In this document: one piece after another, positions 49,775 through 58,516 of the stretch | Position numbering within the stretch: position 1 is the stretch's first letter | How the letters are laid out: every line of letters begins with the position of its first letter | NCBI GenBank assembly: GCA_043805415.1 | Contig: JAZDHZ010000021.1 | Location: 8,127-72,126, forward strand | Length of the DNA stretch: 64,000 nucleotides | Direction: 5' to 3' | DNA from: Candidatus Omnitrophota bacterium | GTDB lineage: Bacteria > Omnitrophota > Gorgyraeia > B26-G9 | Notes under the pieces: generated by a model | The model's input: only the letters and a program-made list of their open reading frames with translations | Database searches by the model: none | What the model was told of the DNA's origin: nothing | Position numbers and translations under genes: made by a program

Positions 49775-52741
49775 ATGTTTATGTCGCAAATTCAAAAAAA
49801 CATTAATCGTAACTTTTCCTATCTACTGATATTTCTGCTTATTCAGGGCATGATTATTAGTCCTGCTTTGGCATTAAATAATCCTGTTTTGCCCGAACAT
49901 TTAAGCCCGCGGATAAATATTAACTATACCGCATTTTCGGATTTGATCAAAACCTCCTATTCTGATGCTTCCAAAGCTCTTGCTGAGCTTCCGGAAACAA
50001 ATGAACTGAATTTACTAGATATCAGCTATCAAAAAAAACAGAGAGCTATTTTGCAAGATGAAATTATTGATCGCTTTAAGCAGAATTATCCGGATAGTCT
50101 AGAGCAGTTAGAGATGATTAAAGTTTTTTTTGGAATAGCACTAGAGCATTATGAAGAGCAACAGTTTGAATCAGGAGAGTTCTACTATAACCATTGTCTA
50201 GAAGTAGCTGCAATTGCCGCGAAAAATAAAGCGGGATTTATCGAAATCCTGGCAGCTATTTTTCATCGCATGCCAACCAATAAGATTAATCCAGTGATTG
50301 CGTCTTTGGCTAAAACCGCAGGAATTGGAAAAAATAAGAGTGAATCATTCCGCAAATATGAATTAGTTGAAATTAATGGACTAATTAAGAAATTTTCCAA
50401 AATAGCTGATCTTAAATACTATGCGCATTCGCAGGGAGCAAATTCTATTGAAAATTTTATGGGTGCTGTACTTAATATGATGGAGGGGGATCCTAGGATC
50501 AGGCGTCTTGTTTTTGCGGACAAAGAGGCCTCAATTGCTCATGCGTCTGAGACTGAAAAAGCGGATATTGTTAAAGAAATCCAAAGTATTTATGGGCCTT
50601 TTGCCGGACGTTTTGGCTTGTTTGAAATTAAAAAAGAATTAGAAAATTCTATTTTTAAAATTCATAATCCAAAAGGTTATGAGCTGGTAATGAAAAAAGT
50701 ACGCAATACTTATGGTGTGGATTATAAAGATCTTAATGATTCCTTGGATAAAACTAAAGCGCTTATTCAGAAAATTGCTGATGATAATCAAATTGATGCG
50801 ATTATATTGTCGCGGGTAAAGGCTCCTTACCGAATTTATGTGAAAGAAAAAATCGCGGGAAAAGGTAAAGGGCAAAAAGATACTTTATACGGAGTTGATA
50901 CGATTGGGATTAAGGTTATTTGTAAGACTGAGGATTGTTTTTATCAAATGACCACTCGGATCCGACAGGCTTTAAATGATAAAAAGCTGGGGAATTGGAA
51001 AATAGGGAAAATTAAGGCCATAGCATCAGGTATAACTTATATTAATTTGGTGGAAATTGAAGGATTGGGTAATTTAGAAGTGCAGTTTCTTACCAAAGAG
51101 GCTGATGATTTGCGAGAAATAAATTTTGCCCATTGGTCGTATGAGATAGCTAGACAAACGAATCGCAAACAGAAATTTGACAAAGTAGAGGATTTTGGTT
51201 TTTACCAATTGCGTGAAATGTATCAAAACGCGATAGATGATCCTGAGCGTAAAGATGTGGATATTAATACTGTGACAGAGGAGTATTTTAAAAGTGTTTA
51301 TGACCATAACAAAAAATGGGTTTATATTTTTGAAAAGTCTTCAGAAATTATTGATGGACGAGAAGTTGATGTTGTTAAACCAAAAAGATTGGCAAAAGGC
51401 GCGAATGGCCCTGTGTTTGCCGCTCAAACAGGAGTTGATTTATTTGATAAGAATTATGATGGCTTAGTTTTTTATGAATGGCGCGGTTCAAAACTTGTTC
51501 CAAAAAGAAGACAATATAATGATCTTAATCAGCTTAAAGACGGTGATATTGTAGCTGTAAAAACAACTGCGGATGGTTTGCTTGATAAATTAGAGAAAGA
51601 TAAAGGCTACGAAGCTAATCTGTTTAGCAGCATAAGAGGGTTTTTGCGTTCAACAATACTGCTCGCGCAAGTAGGTTTGTCGGAAAGTGACAAGGTCCGA
51701 TATTATAAAAATGCGCAGTCTTTTCTTAATAAATCTTTTAGTCAAAAAGGAATTGTTTGGGGTAAAAGTGTCCAGAGCAAATTTCCGCAAAACGCGAAAT
51801 ACATGCAAAATTTCCTCAATGAATTTGCGGTCTCAAAAAAACTTAAAAATTCTGATGAGCTTTTAATGGGTTTAGCTTTAAAGCTTATTAATAGTTCAGA
51901 GGTTGTTGATTGGGCTAAAGAACGCGGAGCGGATCTTTTGAATACAATACAGGTTGATGACCCAGGGATTAAGGCGCAGGTTGAAAATATCTATGGTTCA
52001 TTAGATAAACTATTTATTGAAGTCGGGATTGGTGAAATCAGCGTAGAAAAGGTAATTAAAAAACTGAGAGATCAGCAAAACGTTAATGTAAGTATGATGC
52101 CTACAATATCCGGAGATTATTCAGGAAGATTTGAGTACAGTATTGAAGTCAGAGAGCCTGATAAAAAAGCAATTTCAGCAAGAACCCGAGAAATTAAAGC
52201 GCGGATAAAAGAAATATTAAAAACTCAGGGGATCGAGCTTGGTGAGCAGTCTTTTAATGATAAGAAAAGCCGAAAAATTAAAGGTGGCTTTCTGGTTAAC
52301 TTTGAAATTCCAGTAAGATATGAGCAGCTTCCTAATATAAGAACAGCTTTGCTTTCAGGTTTAGAAACAAGTATCAAAGTAAAGACCAAAAGGGAGAAAA
52401 AAGACAAAGAAAAGGCTTTGACGTCTATTGGTCTTATTATTAATGTGAAAAACAAAAAGGCAGTTAGTTCAATAATTAAAAGATCAGTTAATATCGGGAT
52501 CAATGCGCTCAAGAATTATGATTTTGATGAAAAAAATGAGCAGCTGTCTTGTGTCATTGAATATGACCAGATGAGTTATGATTTAACGTCGATTCTTAAG
52601 GTTCTTAATGTTTCGCTTAAAAACGTTACGCTTGCTGATGAAAACCAAGGTTTTATTGAAGCCGCGGAATTGCAAAAAAAGTTAAAAAGAAAACAAGCGC
52701 AACCACTTGAAAACGCTAGTTTAATTGAATCGGCGATATAA
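49775..52741 (+). CDS. RelA/SpoT-homolog (RSH)-like large protein with an N-terminal Sec-type signal / TM anchor and a degenerate hydrolase motif
   Basis: N-terminus FSYLLIFLLIQGMIISPALA|LN. HCLEVAAIAA...AAIFHRMP resembles the HD-domain region, but HD is replaced by HR. IYGPFAGRFGLFEIKKELENSIF corresponds to Rel 'LYAPLAHRLGI..IKWELEDL'. Synthetase-like block RVKAPYRIYVKEK...DTIGIKVIC...EVQFLT...AHWSYE. Confidence 0.55.
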   Translation: MFMSQIQKNINRNFSYLLIFLLIQGMIISPALALNNPVLPEHLSPRININYTAFSDLIKTSYSDASKALAELPETNELNLLDISYQKKQRAILQDEIIDRFKQNYPDSLEQLEMIKVFFGIALEHYEEQQFESGEFYYNHCLEVAAIAAKNKAGFIEILAAIFHRMPTNKINPVIASLAKTAGIGKNKSESFRKYELVEINGLIKKFSKIADLKYYAHSQGANSIENFMGAVLNMMEGDPRIRRLVFADKEASIAHASETEKADIVKEIQSIYGPFAGRFGLFEIKKELENSIFKIHNPKGYELVMKKVRNTYGVDYKDLNDSLDKTKALIQKIADDNQIDAIILSRVKAPYRIYVKEKIAGKGKGQKDTLYGVDTIGIKVICKTEDCFYQMTTRIRQALNDKKLGNWKIGKIKAIASGITYINLVEIEGLGNLEVQFLTKEADDLREINFAHWSYEIARQTNRKQKFDKVEDFGFYQLREMYQNAIDDPERKDVDINTVTEEYFKSVYDHNKKWVYIFEKSSEIIDGREVDVVKPKRLAKGANGPVFAAQTGVDLFDKNYDGLVFYEWRGSKLVPKRRQYNDLNQLKDGDIVAVKTTADGLLDKLEKDKGYEANLFSSIRGFLRSTILLAQVGLSESDKVRYYKNAQSFLNKSFSQKGIVWGKSVQSKFPQNAKYMQNFLNEFAVSKKLKNSDELLMGLALKLINSSEVVDWAKERGADLLNTIQVDDPGIKAQVENIYGSLDKLFIEVGIGEISVEKVIKKLRDQQNVNVSMMPTISGDYSGRFEYSIEVREPDKKAISARTREIKARIKEILKTQGIELGEQSFNDKKSRKIKGGFLVNFEIPVRYEQLPNIRTALLSGLETSIKVKTKREKKDKEKALTSIGLIINVKNKKAVSSIIKRSVNIGINALKNYDFDEKNEQLSCVIEYDQMSYDLTSILKVLNVSLKNVTLADENQGFIEAAELQKKLKRKQAQPLENASLIESAI

Positions 52742-52784
52742 AACATTGTTTTTAACACTATATTTACTTTTTTTATCATTATGC

Positions 52785-52800
52785 TATAATATTATTCATG
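52785..52800 (+). promoter_or_regulatory. Extended -10 (TGcTATAAT) ending 7 nt before the ATG, implying a leaderless mRNA for the 52798 gene
   Basis: atgctataat attattc ATG. Confidence 0.35.
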
Positions 52801-53202
52801 AAAGATTCTAAAATTCCTTGGTCTAAAGAAAAAGCCAGCAAACATCACAAAATAGCCTCAGGACTGATTATCTTAAGCGGGGTTTATGGCTTATACTTGA
52901 GTATTGATGATATTATTATTTTGGGTAATCGCTTAAGTACTTTTGTCCTGCCTTATTTATTTAATTACTTTGGGTTTTTTCTGTCAATGTTTCAGATTTA
53001 TACGGCAATTTGTTTTTTAAATAAACAAAAATGGGCAATAAATGTTATTTTATGGATTTTTCTGATCAGGTTGATTCTAGGGTGTTTTGATATAATCGAG
53101 GCTGTTCCAGCAATCTTTTTATTACCATATGTATTGTTTCTTATTTCTAATAAAAGAGCGGGTAGTATTTTTTCAGATACTAATTCGGAACTTAACCCTT
53201 AA
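52798..53202 (+). CDS. Small polytopic membrane protein (3-4 TM), hypothetical
   Basis: Hydrophobic segments IILSGVYGLYLSI, LPYLFNYFGFFLSMF and VILWIFLIRLILGCF. Confidence 0.45.
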   Translation: MKDSKIPWSKEKASKHHKIASGLIILSGVYGLYLSIDDIIILGNRLSTFVLPYLFNYFGFFLSMFQIYTAICFLNKQKWAINVILWIFLIRLILGCFDIIEAVPAIFLLPYVLFLISNKRAGSIFSDTNSELNP

Positions 53203-53260
53203 ATTTGCAATGTTTTATCTAAAATTTAGGGCTTATAAACATAAAAATACAAACAATTGC

Positions 53261-53306
53261 AAGCCTGCAGGCTTTGCTTGACATTCAAATTGGTTTGGGG
53301 TACAAT
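53261..53306 (+). promoter_or_regulatory. Perfect 14-nt palindrome AAGCCTGCAGGCTT abutting promoter TTGACA-N17-TACAAT, with -10 to ATG spacing implying a leaderless MTHFS transcript
   Basis: aagcctgcaggctt tgc TTGACA ttcaaattggtttgggg TACAAT ttaaa ATG. Confidence 0.45.
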
Positions 53307-53311
53307 TTAAA

Positions 53312-53866
53312 ATGAGTAAAACAGTAATTAGAGAACGGATTCTGAGAATATTAAAAGAGCAAAGAGAGGAGCTAAAACTTAAAAAAAGCTTAAAAATTAA
53401 AAAACAATTATTTTCACAACATCTGTTTCTGCAAGCAGATAGAGTAATGTTTTATATAGCGAAAGATGATGAAGTTGATACAAAAGATATGATTAAAGAT
53501 GCGCTTAAAATGGGAAAAAAGGTGGTTGTTCCAGTGACATTGGTAAAAGAAAAAAAGATTATTCCTTCTCAGTTAAAAGATTTTGATAAAGAACTGAGCA
53601 AGGGTCCCTATGGGATCTATCAGCCAAAGAAACAGTTCATAAGAAGGGTTGTATTAAAAACCATTGATTTGATTATTGTTCCGGGTGTTGCTTTTGACCG
53701 TCTAGGTAATCGACTTGGACGTGGAGGCGGCTATTTTGATAGATTCTTGGCTAAACTTAAAAAATATGATATACCAATGTTGGGTTTGGCATTTAAATGC
53801 CAAATTGTGAATAAACTTCCTGTTTTATCTCATGACATTCCTGTCACAAAGCTCATTTTTGCCTAA
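53312..53866 (+). CDS. 5-formyltetrahydrofolate cyclo-ligase
   Basis: VVPGVAFDRLGNRLGRGGGYFDRFL. Confidence 0.85.
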   Translation: MSKTVIRERILRILKEQREELKLKKSLKIKKQLFSQHLFLQADRVMFYIAKDDEVDTKDMIKDALKMGKKVVVPVTLVKEKKIIPSQLKDFDKELSKGPYGIYQPKKQFIRRVVLKTIDLIIVPGVAFDRLGNRLGRGGGYFDRFLAKLKKYDIPMLGLAFKCQIVNKLPVLSHDIPVTKLIFA

Positions 53867-53968
53867 ATCTTAAACTCATCTTCTAGGCGCTAAGTTTTTA
53901 TTTTAATTAAAACTTAATCGTTGTTATAACACTGAGATAGTACATCTTAAGGAGGTGAAGATCAAACT

Positions 53969-55528
53969 ATGAGCACTTTAAATATTATAATCGGAGTATC
54001 AAGTGGGATTGTCTTCTTTTTGACTGGGTATCTTTTTCGCCGCTATGGAGCGGAGAAAAAAGTGCAAAGTGCTGAAGACAAGGCAAAACTTATTTTAGAA
54101 GATGCCGATAGACAAGTTGAAGCGAAAAAGAAAGAAGCAAGTTTAGAAGCAAAAGATCTTCTGTATAAAACCAGAATAGAATTTGAAAAAGAATCAAAAG
54201 GAAGACGCCAGGAATTACTTACTATTGAAAGACGTTTAATCAGTCGGGAAGAAAATCTGGATAGAAAAGTTGATCTTTTGGAGAAAAAAGAGCGGGAATT
54301 AAGTAGTAAATCTAAAACACTTGAGACAAAAGAACAAGAGAATCAAGATAAAGAAGATGAACTTAAAAGACTGATTTTAGAAGAAAAAGAGCGTTTGCAA
54401 AAGGTTTCCGGATTAAGTAGTGAAGAAGCAAAAAAAATCCTACTTAAGCACATGGAAGGCGAAATTCGATACGATGCTAATTTGATGATCAAAAGGATTG
54501 AAGATGAATCCAAAGACATTGCGGCCAAGAAAGCAAAGCAGATTATTAGCTTAGCGATTCAGCGTTGTGCTGCTGAGCATACAGTTGAGTCAACAGTTAG
54601 CGTTGTAAGCTTGCCGAGTGATGATATGAAAGGCAGAATTATCGGTCGGGAAGGGCGTAATATTAGGTCTTTAGAAGTTGCTACGGGCATTGATGTTATT
54701 ATTGACGATACTCCGGAAGCTGTGACATTATCGGGATTTGATCCGATTCGCCGAGAAATAGCGCGTTTATCGCTTGAGCGGCTAATTGCCAATGGCCGGA
54801 TTCATCCAGCGAGAATTGAGGAAGTAGTAGAAAAAGTAAAAAAAGAAATGGATGTTAGTATTAAAGAAGAAGGGGAAAAAGCCTCTTTTGATGTAGGGAT
54901 TCAAAGATTACATCCTGAAATCGTACGGTTACTCGGCCGCTTAAAATACAGAACTAGTTATGGGCAAAATGTATTACAGCATTCAAAAGAAGTTGCTTAC
55001 ATCATGGGCCTGCTTGCTGGACAGCTTGATCTTGATATAACATTGGCTAAGAGAATAGGCTTATTGCATGATATCGGCAAAGCTGTAGACCATGACCAGG
55101 AAGGAACTCATGCTGGGCTGGGAGCAGACTTGGCAAGAAAATTTGGAGAAAATCAGGAAGTAGTAAACGCGATTGCCGCGCATCATGATGATACTGAATC
55201 TAATTCCGTGTACGGGATTTTAGTTCAAGCGGCTGACGCGATTAGTGCTACTCGGCCGGGAGCACGCCGGGAGACACTGGAAATCTATATTAAGCGCTTA
55301 GAAAAACTGGAAGCGATCGCGGATTCTTTTAAAGGTGTTGACCGAGCATTCGCGATTCAAGCTGGAAGAGAAATCAGAGTTATTGTTCACCCGGATAAGG
55401 TGGGAGATGCTGAATCAGCAATAATGGCGCGGGATATAACTAAAAGAATGGAAAATGAATTAGAATATCCTGGACAGGTGAAAGTAACGGTTATTCGGGA
55501 AAAACGGGTTGTGGAATACGCCAAGTAG
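53969..55528 (+). CDS. rny: Ribonuclease Y
   Basis: N-terminal TM, coiled coil, KH domain (GRIIGREGRNIRSLE) and HD domain (LLHDIGKA...HH). Confidence 0.95.
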   Translation: MSTLNIIIGVSSGIVFFLTGYLFRRYGAEKKVQSAEDKAKLILEDADRQVEAKKKEASLEAKDLLYKTRIEFEKESKGRRQELLTIERRLISREENLDRKVDLLEKKERELSSKSKTLETKEQENQDKEDELKRLILEEKERLQKVSGLSSEEAKKILLKHMEGEIRYDANLMIKRIEDESKDIAAKKAKQIISLAIQRCAAEHTVESTVSVVSLPSDDMKGRIIGREGRNIRSLEVATGIDVIIDDTPEAVTLSGFDPIRREIARLSLERLIANGRIHPARIEEVVEKVKKEMDVSIKEEGEKASFDVGIQRLHPEIVRLLGRLKYRTSYGQNVLQHSKEVAYIMGLLAGQLDLDITLAKRIGLLHDIGKAVDHDQEGTHAGLGADLARKFGENQEVVNAIAAHHDDTESNSVYGILVQAADAISATRPGARRETLEIYIKRLEKLEAIADSFKGVDRAFAIQAGREIRVIVHPDKVGDAESAIMARDITKRMENELEYPGQVKVTVIREKRVVEYAK

Positions 55529-55665
55529 AACAAACAACTAATGACAAATGCCAAATTACAAATGACAAATAAAAAGAACAGAGAACAGAATGAGGGTTTT
55601 ATTTTATTTTTTGCAATCTGACTTCTGTTTTCCGCATTCTGTCTTCTGTCAAACAAAGGGTTAAT

Positions 55666-56466
55666 GTGAAGATTTTGATGATCGGGGATATTGTAGGAGA
55701 TCCTGGCAGGCAGGTTGTACGCCAAAGCATTCCTATTTTAAAACAGCGTGAAGGCATTGATTTTGTTATTGCTAATGGCGAGAATTCTGCCGGCGGCTCG
55801 GGGATAACTACCAGGATCTATACTGAATTGCTTAAAGCCGGAGTGGATGTTTTAACCTCAGGCGATCATATTTTTAAGAAAAAAGAGATCCTTGAGTTTA
55901 TTGATTTTCAAGAGCGCTTATTAAGACCAGCGAATTATCCGCCGGGAGTTGCCGGACGTGGGTTTACGATTATTAAGGCGAATAATGGGCTGAAAATAGG
56001 AGTGATTAATTTAAACGGCAGGGTTTTTATGGAGCCTTTGGATTGCCCTTTTCGCTGTGCTTCTGAGATTGCGCAAGAAATAAAAAAACAAACTAATATT
56101 ATTTTTGTGGATATCCATGCCGAAGCTACCAGTGAAAAAGTAGCTATGGGCTGGTATTTAAACGGAAAAGTAAGTGCTGTTTTAGGAACGCATACCCATA
56201 TTCAGACCGCGGATCAGCGTATCCTGCCGGAGTTCGAGCATACAGCTTATATAACTGATGTGGGAATGACCGGGTCGGTTGATTCAGTCATCGGCAGAAA
56301 AGTAGAGCAGGTTTTACATCGGTTTTTAACCCATACTCCCACCCGTTTTGAAGTAGAAGATAAAAATGTTCAGCTTCAAGGTGTAATTGTGGAAATTGAT
56401 CCTGACACCGGCAAAGCATTATCAATAAAACGTGTTTGTGAAAAACTTATTGAAGATCCAAAGTAA
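55666..56466 (+). CDS. ymdB: YmdB-family 2',3'-cyclic-nucleotide phosphodiesterase (calcineurin-like)
   Basis: MKILMIGDIVG..GR, GENSAGG, HTH motif; the usual rny partner. Confidence 0.9.
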   Translation: MKILMIGDIVGDPGRQVVRQSIPILKQREGIDFVIANGENSAGGSGITTRIYTELLKAGVDVLTSGDHIFKKKEILEFIDFQERLLRPANYPPGVAGRGFTIIKANNGLKIGVINLNGRVFMEPLDCPFRCASEIAQEIKKQTNIIFVDIHAEATSEKVAMGWYLNGKVSAVLGTHTHIQTADQRILPEFEHTAYITDVGMTGSVDSVIGRKVEQVLHRFLTHTPTRFEVEDKNVQLQGVIVEIDPDTGKALSIKRVCEKLIEDPK

Positions 56467-56490
56467 ATAAGAGAAATCGCAAAAATGTAT

Positions 56491-56544
56491 AATGTAAAAT
56501 TAGCAATTTAAGCTTTAAATAATTGCTAATTTTACATTTTTTCA
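56491..56544 (+). terminator. Rho-independent terminator: 18-bp perfect inverted repeat (aatgtaaaattagcaatt ... aattgctaattttacatt) followed by TTTTTT
   Basis: Seen directly, 25 nt after the ymdB stop. Confidence 0.7.
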
Positions 56545-56550
56545 CAAAAG

Positions 56551-56661
56551 GTGATTTGTATTGCTGGCGGAGATATCGTGACCGGCGCGGCAACAGTTAT
56601 TCAGGCAATGGGCGCGGGCAAAAAAGCCGCGCAATCTATTGGGCTGTACCTAAATGGGTGA
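56551..56661 (+). pseudogene. C-terminal remnant (~36 codons) of a gltD-like / pyridine-nucleotide-disulfide oxidoreductase small-subunit gene
   Basis: Translates as VICIAGGDIVTGAATVIQAMGAGKKAAQSIGLYLNG*, the conserved C-terminus (GD..xG..T.. A.. GR.AA..I) of glutamate-synthase-beta-like flavoproteins. GC-rich island. No upstream remainder of the gene. Confidence 0.5.
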
Positions 56662-56734
56662 ATTGTTAATCCTTATTTTTGCGATTATTTAGTTGCCAAA
56701 TATTTAATAATACTTTATTGACAATAAGCGCGAT

Positions 56735-56763
56735 TCTTGATAAACAATATATATTGTGCTAAA
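56735..56763 (+). promoter_or_regulatory. Candidate promoter TTGATA-N17-(TGc)TAAACT for the V-type ATPase operon
   Basis: ttgata aacaatatatattgtgc taaact. Several other AT-rich candidates exist in the 520-nt gap. Confidence 0.3.
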
Positions 56764-56992
56764 CTAAATACTTACAATTATATCAAAATAATTACCAGAG
56801 TTTTTTGATAAATCCTCAATAATTATTAACAGAATAAATCAAGCGGACAAGAGTGCTGAAAAATATTTTTATTGACCGTTGTTTTTGTCCCAATTTTATT
56901 TATTAAACTACAGCCATCTGCCATATGAAAAACAAGAGACTTTAATTGTTAAGAGCTATATTATAAAAAAGCAAAAACAAAAGAGGTGAGAC

Positions 56993-57622
56993 ATGACTGA
57001 CAAGTTAGAGAAACTGACTAAACAGATTTATGATGAAGGTATCGCAAAAGCTGACCAGCAGGCAGAAAAAATAATTAAGGCGGCAGAAGAGGAAAAGAGA
57101 AAAATCCTGCGCGCGGCGCGAAAAGAATCAGAAGATATTATTTCAGTCGCGCATAAAGAATCAGAAGAATTAAAGCATATGGTCAATTCTGAGCTGCGGA
57201 TGGCAACCCAACAGTCCTTGGCCCTGCTTAGACAAAAAATCACAGAATTAATTTCCGTGAAAGTTACCACCGGCGCAGTGGAAGGGTTTTTTGATGACTC
57301 GGATTTTTTAAAGAAAATCCTGGAGATTGTGATGAAGGAATGGCTTGGCTCTGGCTGTCATCAAGGACAAGAGTTTTATTTAAAATTACCCAAAAAGGTT
57401 CAAGCAGAGATACAAGATCATTTCTTTATCGCTGGCAAGCAAGAACTGAATAAAGGCTTAAAAATAGAGTTTGATGAAAAGATAAAAAGCGGTTTTATAA
57501 TCACGCCCAAAGACGGCAGCTATAGAATTGGGTTTACAGAAGATGATTTTAAAGCACTGATTCAGTATTTTCTCCGGCCGAGGATGACCAGATTTCTTTT
57601 TGGAGAAAAGGCAAATGAGTAA
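56993..57622 (+). CDS. V/A-type ATPase subunit E
   Basis: ~200 aa with an N-terminal K/E/A coiled coil (IYDEGIAKADQQAEKIIKAAEEEKRKIL), and first position in the operon. Confidence 0.7.
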   Translation: MTDKLEKLTKQIYDEGIAKADQQAEKIIKAAEEEKRKILRAARKESEDIISVAHKESEELKHMVNSELRMATQQSLALLRQKITELISVKVTTGAVEGFFDDSDFLKKILEIVMKEWLGSGCHQGQEFYLKLPKKVQAEIQDHFFIAGKQELNKGLKIEFDEKIKSGFIITPKDGSYRIGFTEDDFKALIQYFLRPRMTRFLFGEKANE

Positions 57623-58454
57623 TTATTATTATTTAATTTCTTCATTGCCTGAATTGCGTTTAGATGATTATAAAGAGCCGTATCGGGTTAATGAGTTTAT
57701 TGACGAACTTTATGCTAATCTTGAATCTGAGCACGCGGAATATGTTCAGGACATACTATGCATGAATGACAATCCGAATATAGTCGATATTGTTTCCGGC
57801 AGCGGTAATACTTGGCTTGACGCAAGGGGCAATTGGACTTTTGAAGAACTGAAATCTTTTTTTGATAATCCGGAAGCTTTGGATGAAAAAGAACACGCGT
57901 ATATTCTGGGTTTTATAAACTCCTTGGCTGGATTTAAAAAAGAGGAACAAAAAATAAACCGCTATAAAGCTGAGGAATTACTTTTGGGCGGGTTTTACGC
58001 GAAAATGATGCGGCATAAAAATTCTTTTATCCGTGATTATTTCAGTTTTGATTTTAAGCTGAGAAATGTTTTAATGGCGATAAATAAAAGAAAATTCAAT
58101 CTCGATAAAATTCCCTTATTAGAAGTGGGTGAACATGAAGTTGTAAGAAAACTGCAAACATCCACGGCCAATGATTTCGGCTTGTCCCTGAGCCTTGATT
58201 ATATGCAATCCTTATTAGCTGCTTTTGAAAAAGATGATATTGTTTATCGCGAAAAGTTTATTGATCAGCTGCGCTGGGAGAAAATAGATCAAATTAATAC
58301 TTTTTCTTATTTTAAAGTTGATGTTTTACTGGGATATTTAATTAAATTAATGATGGTAGAGCGATGGATTGCTATGGGAGCAAGCCGCGGACATGAAGCC
58401 TTGGCTAAGATATCAAAAGTAGATCCAGGGATTTTAAATAAAAAATTTAATTAA
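57600..58454 (+). CDS. V-ATPase operon protein between E and A (DUF2764-like / putative C-subunit analog)
   Basis: Positional call only. Bacteroidetes/Chlamydiae V-operons carry an uncharacterised gene at this slot. Confidence 0.4.
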   Translation: MEKRQMSNYYYLISSLPELRLDDYKEPYRVNEFIDELYANLESEHAEYVQDILCMNDNPNIVDIVSGSGNTWLDARGNWTFEELKSFFDNPEALDEKEHAYILGFINSLAGFKKEEQKINRYKAEELLLGGFYAKMMRHKNSFIRDYFSFDFKLRNVLMAINKRKFNLDKIPLLEVGEHEVVRKLQTSTANDFGLSLSLDYMQSLLAAFEKDDIVYREKFIDQLRWEKIDQINTFSYFKVDVLLGYLIKLMMVERWIAMGASRGHEALAKISKVDPGILNKKFN

Positions 58455-58516
58455 TTTTAAAAAAATCGAATAAGGGTTTTAGCTTTAAAAATAAAAGAAA
58501 TAAATTCGGAGGAAAA

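Noticed and set aside
55541-55665. Imperfect long-range inverted repeat (acagagaacagaatg ... cattctgtcttctgt) between rny and ymdB
   Set aside because: There are two mismatches in a 15-bp stem with a 47-nt loop. It could be a processing or attenuator structure but is not distinguishable from chance here.
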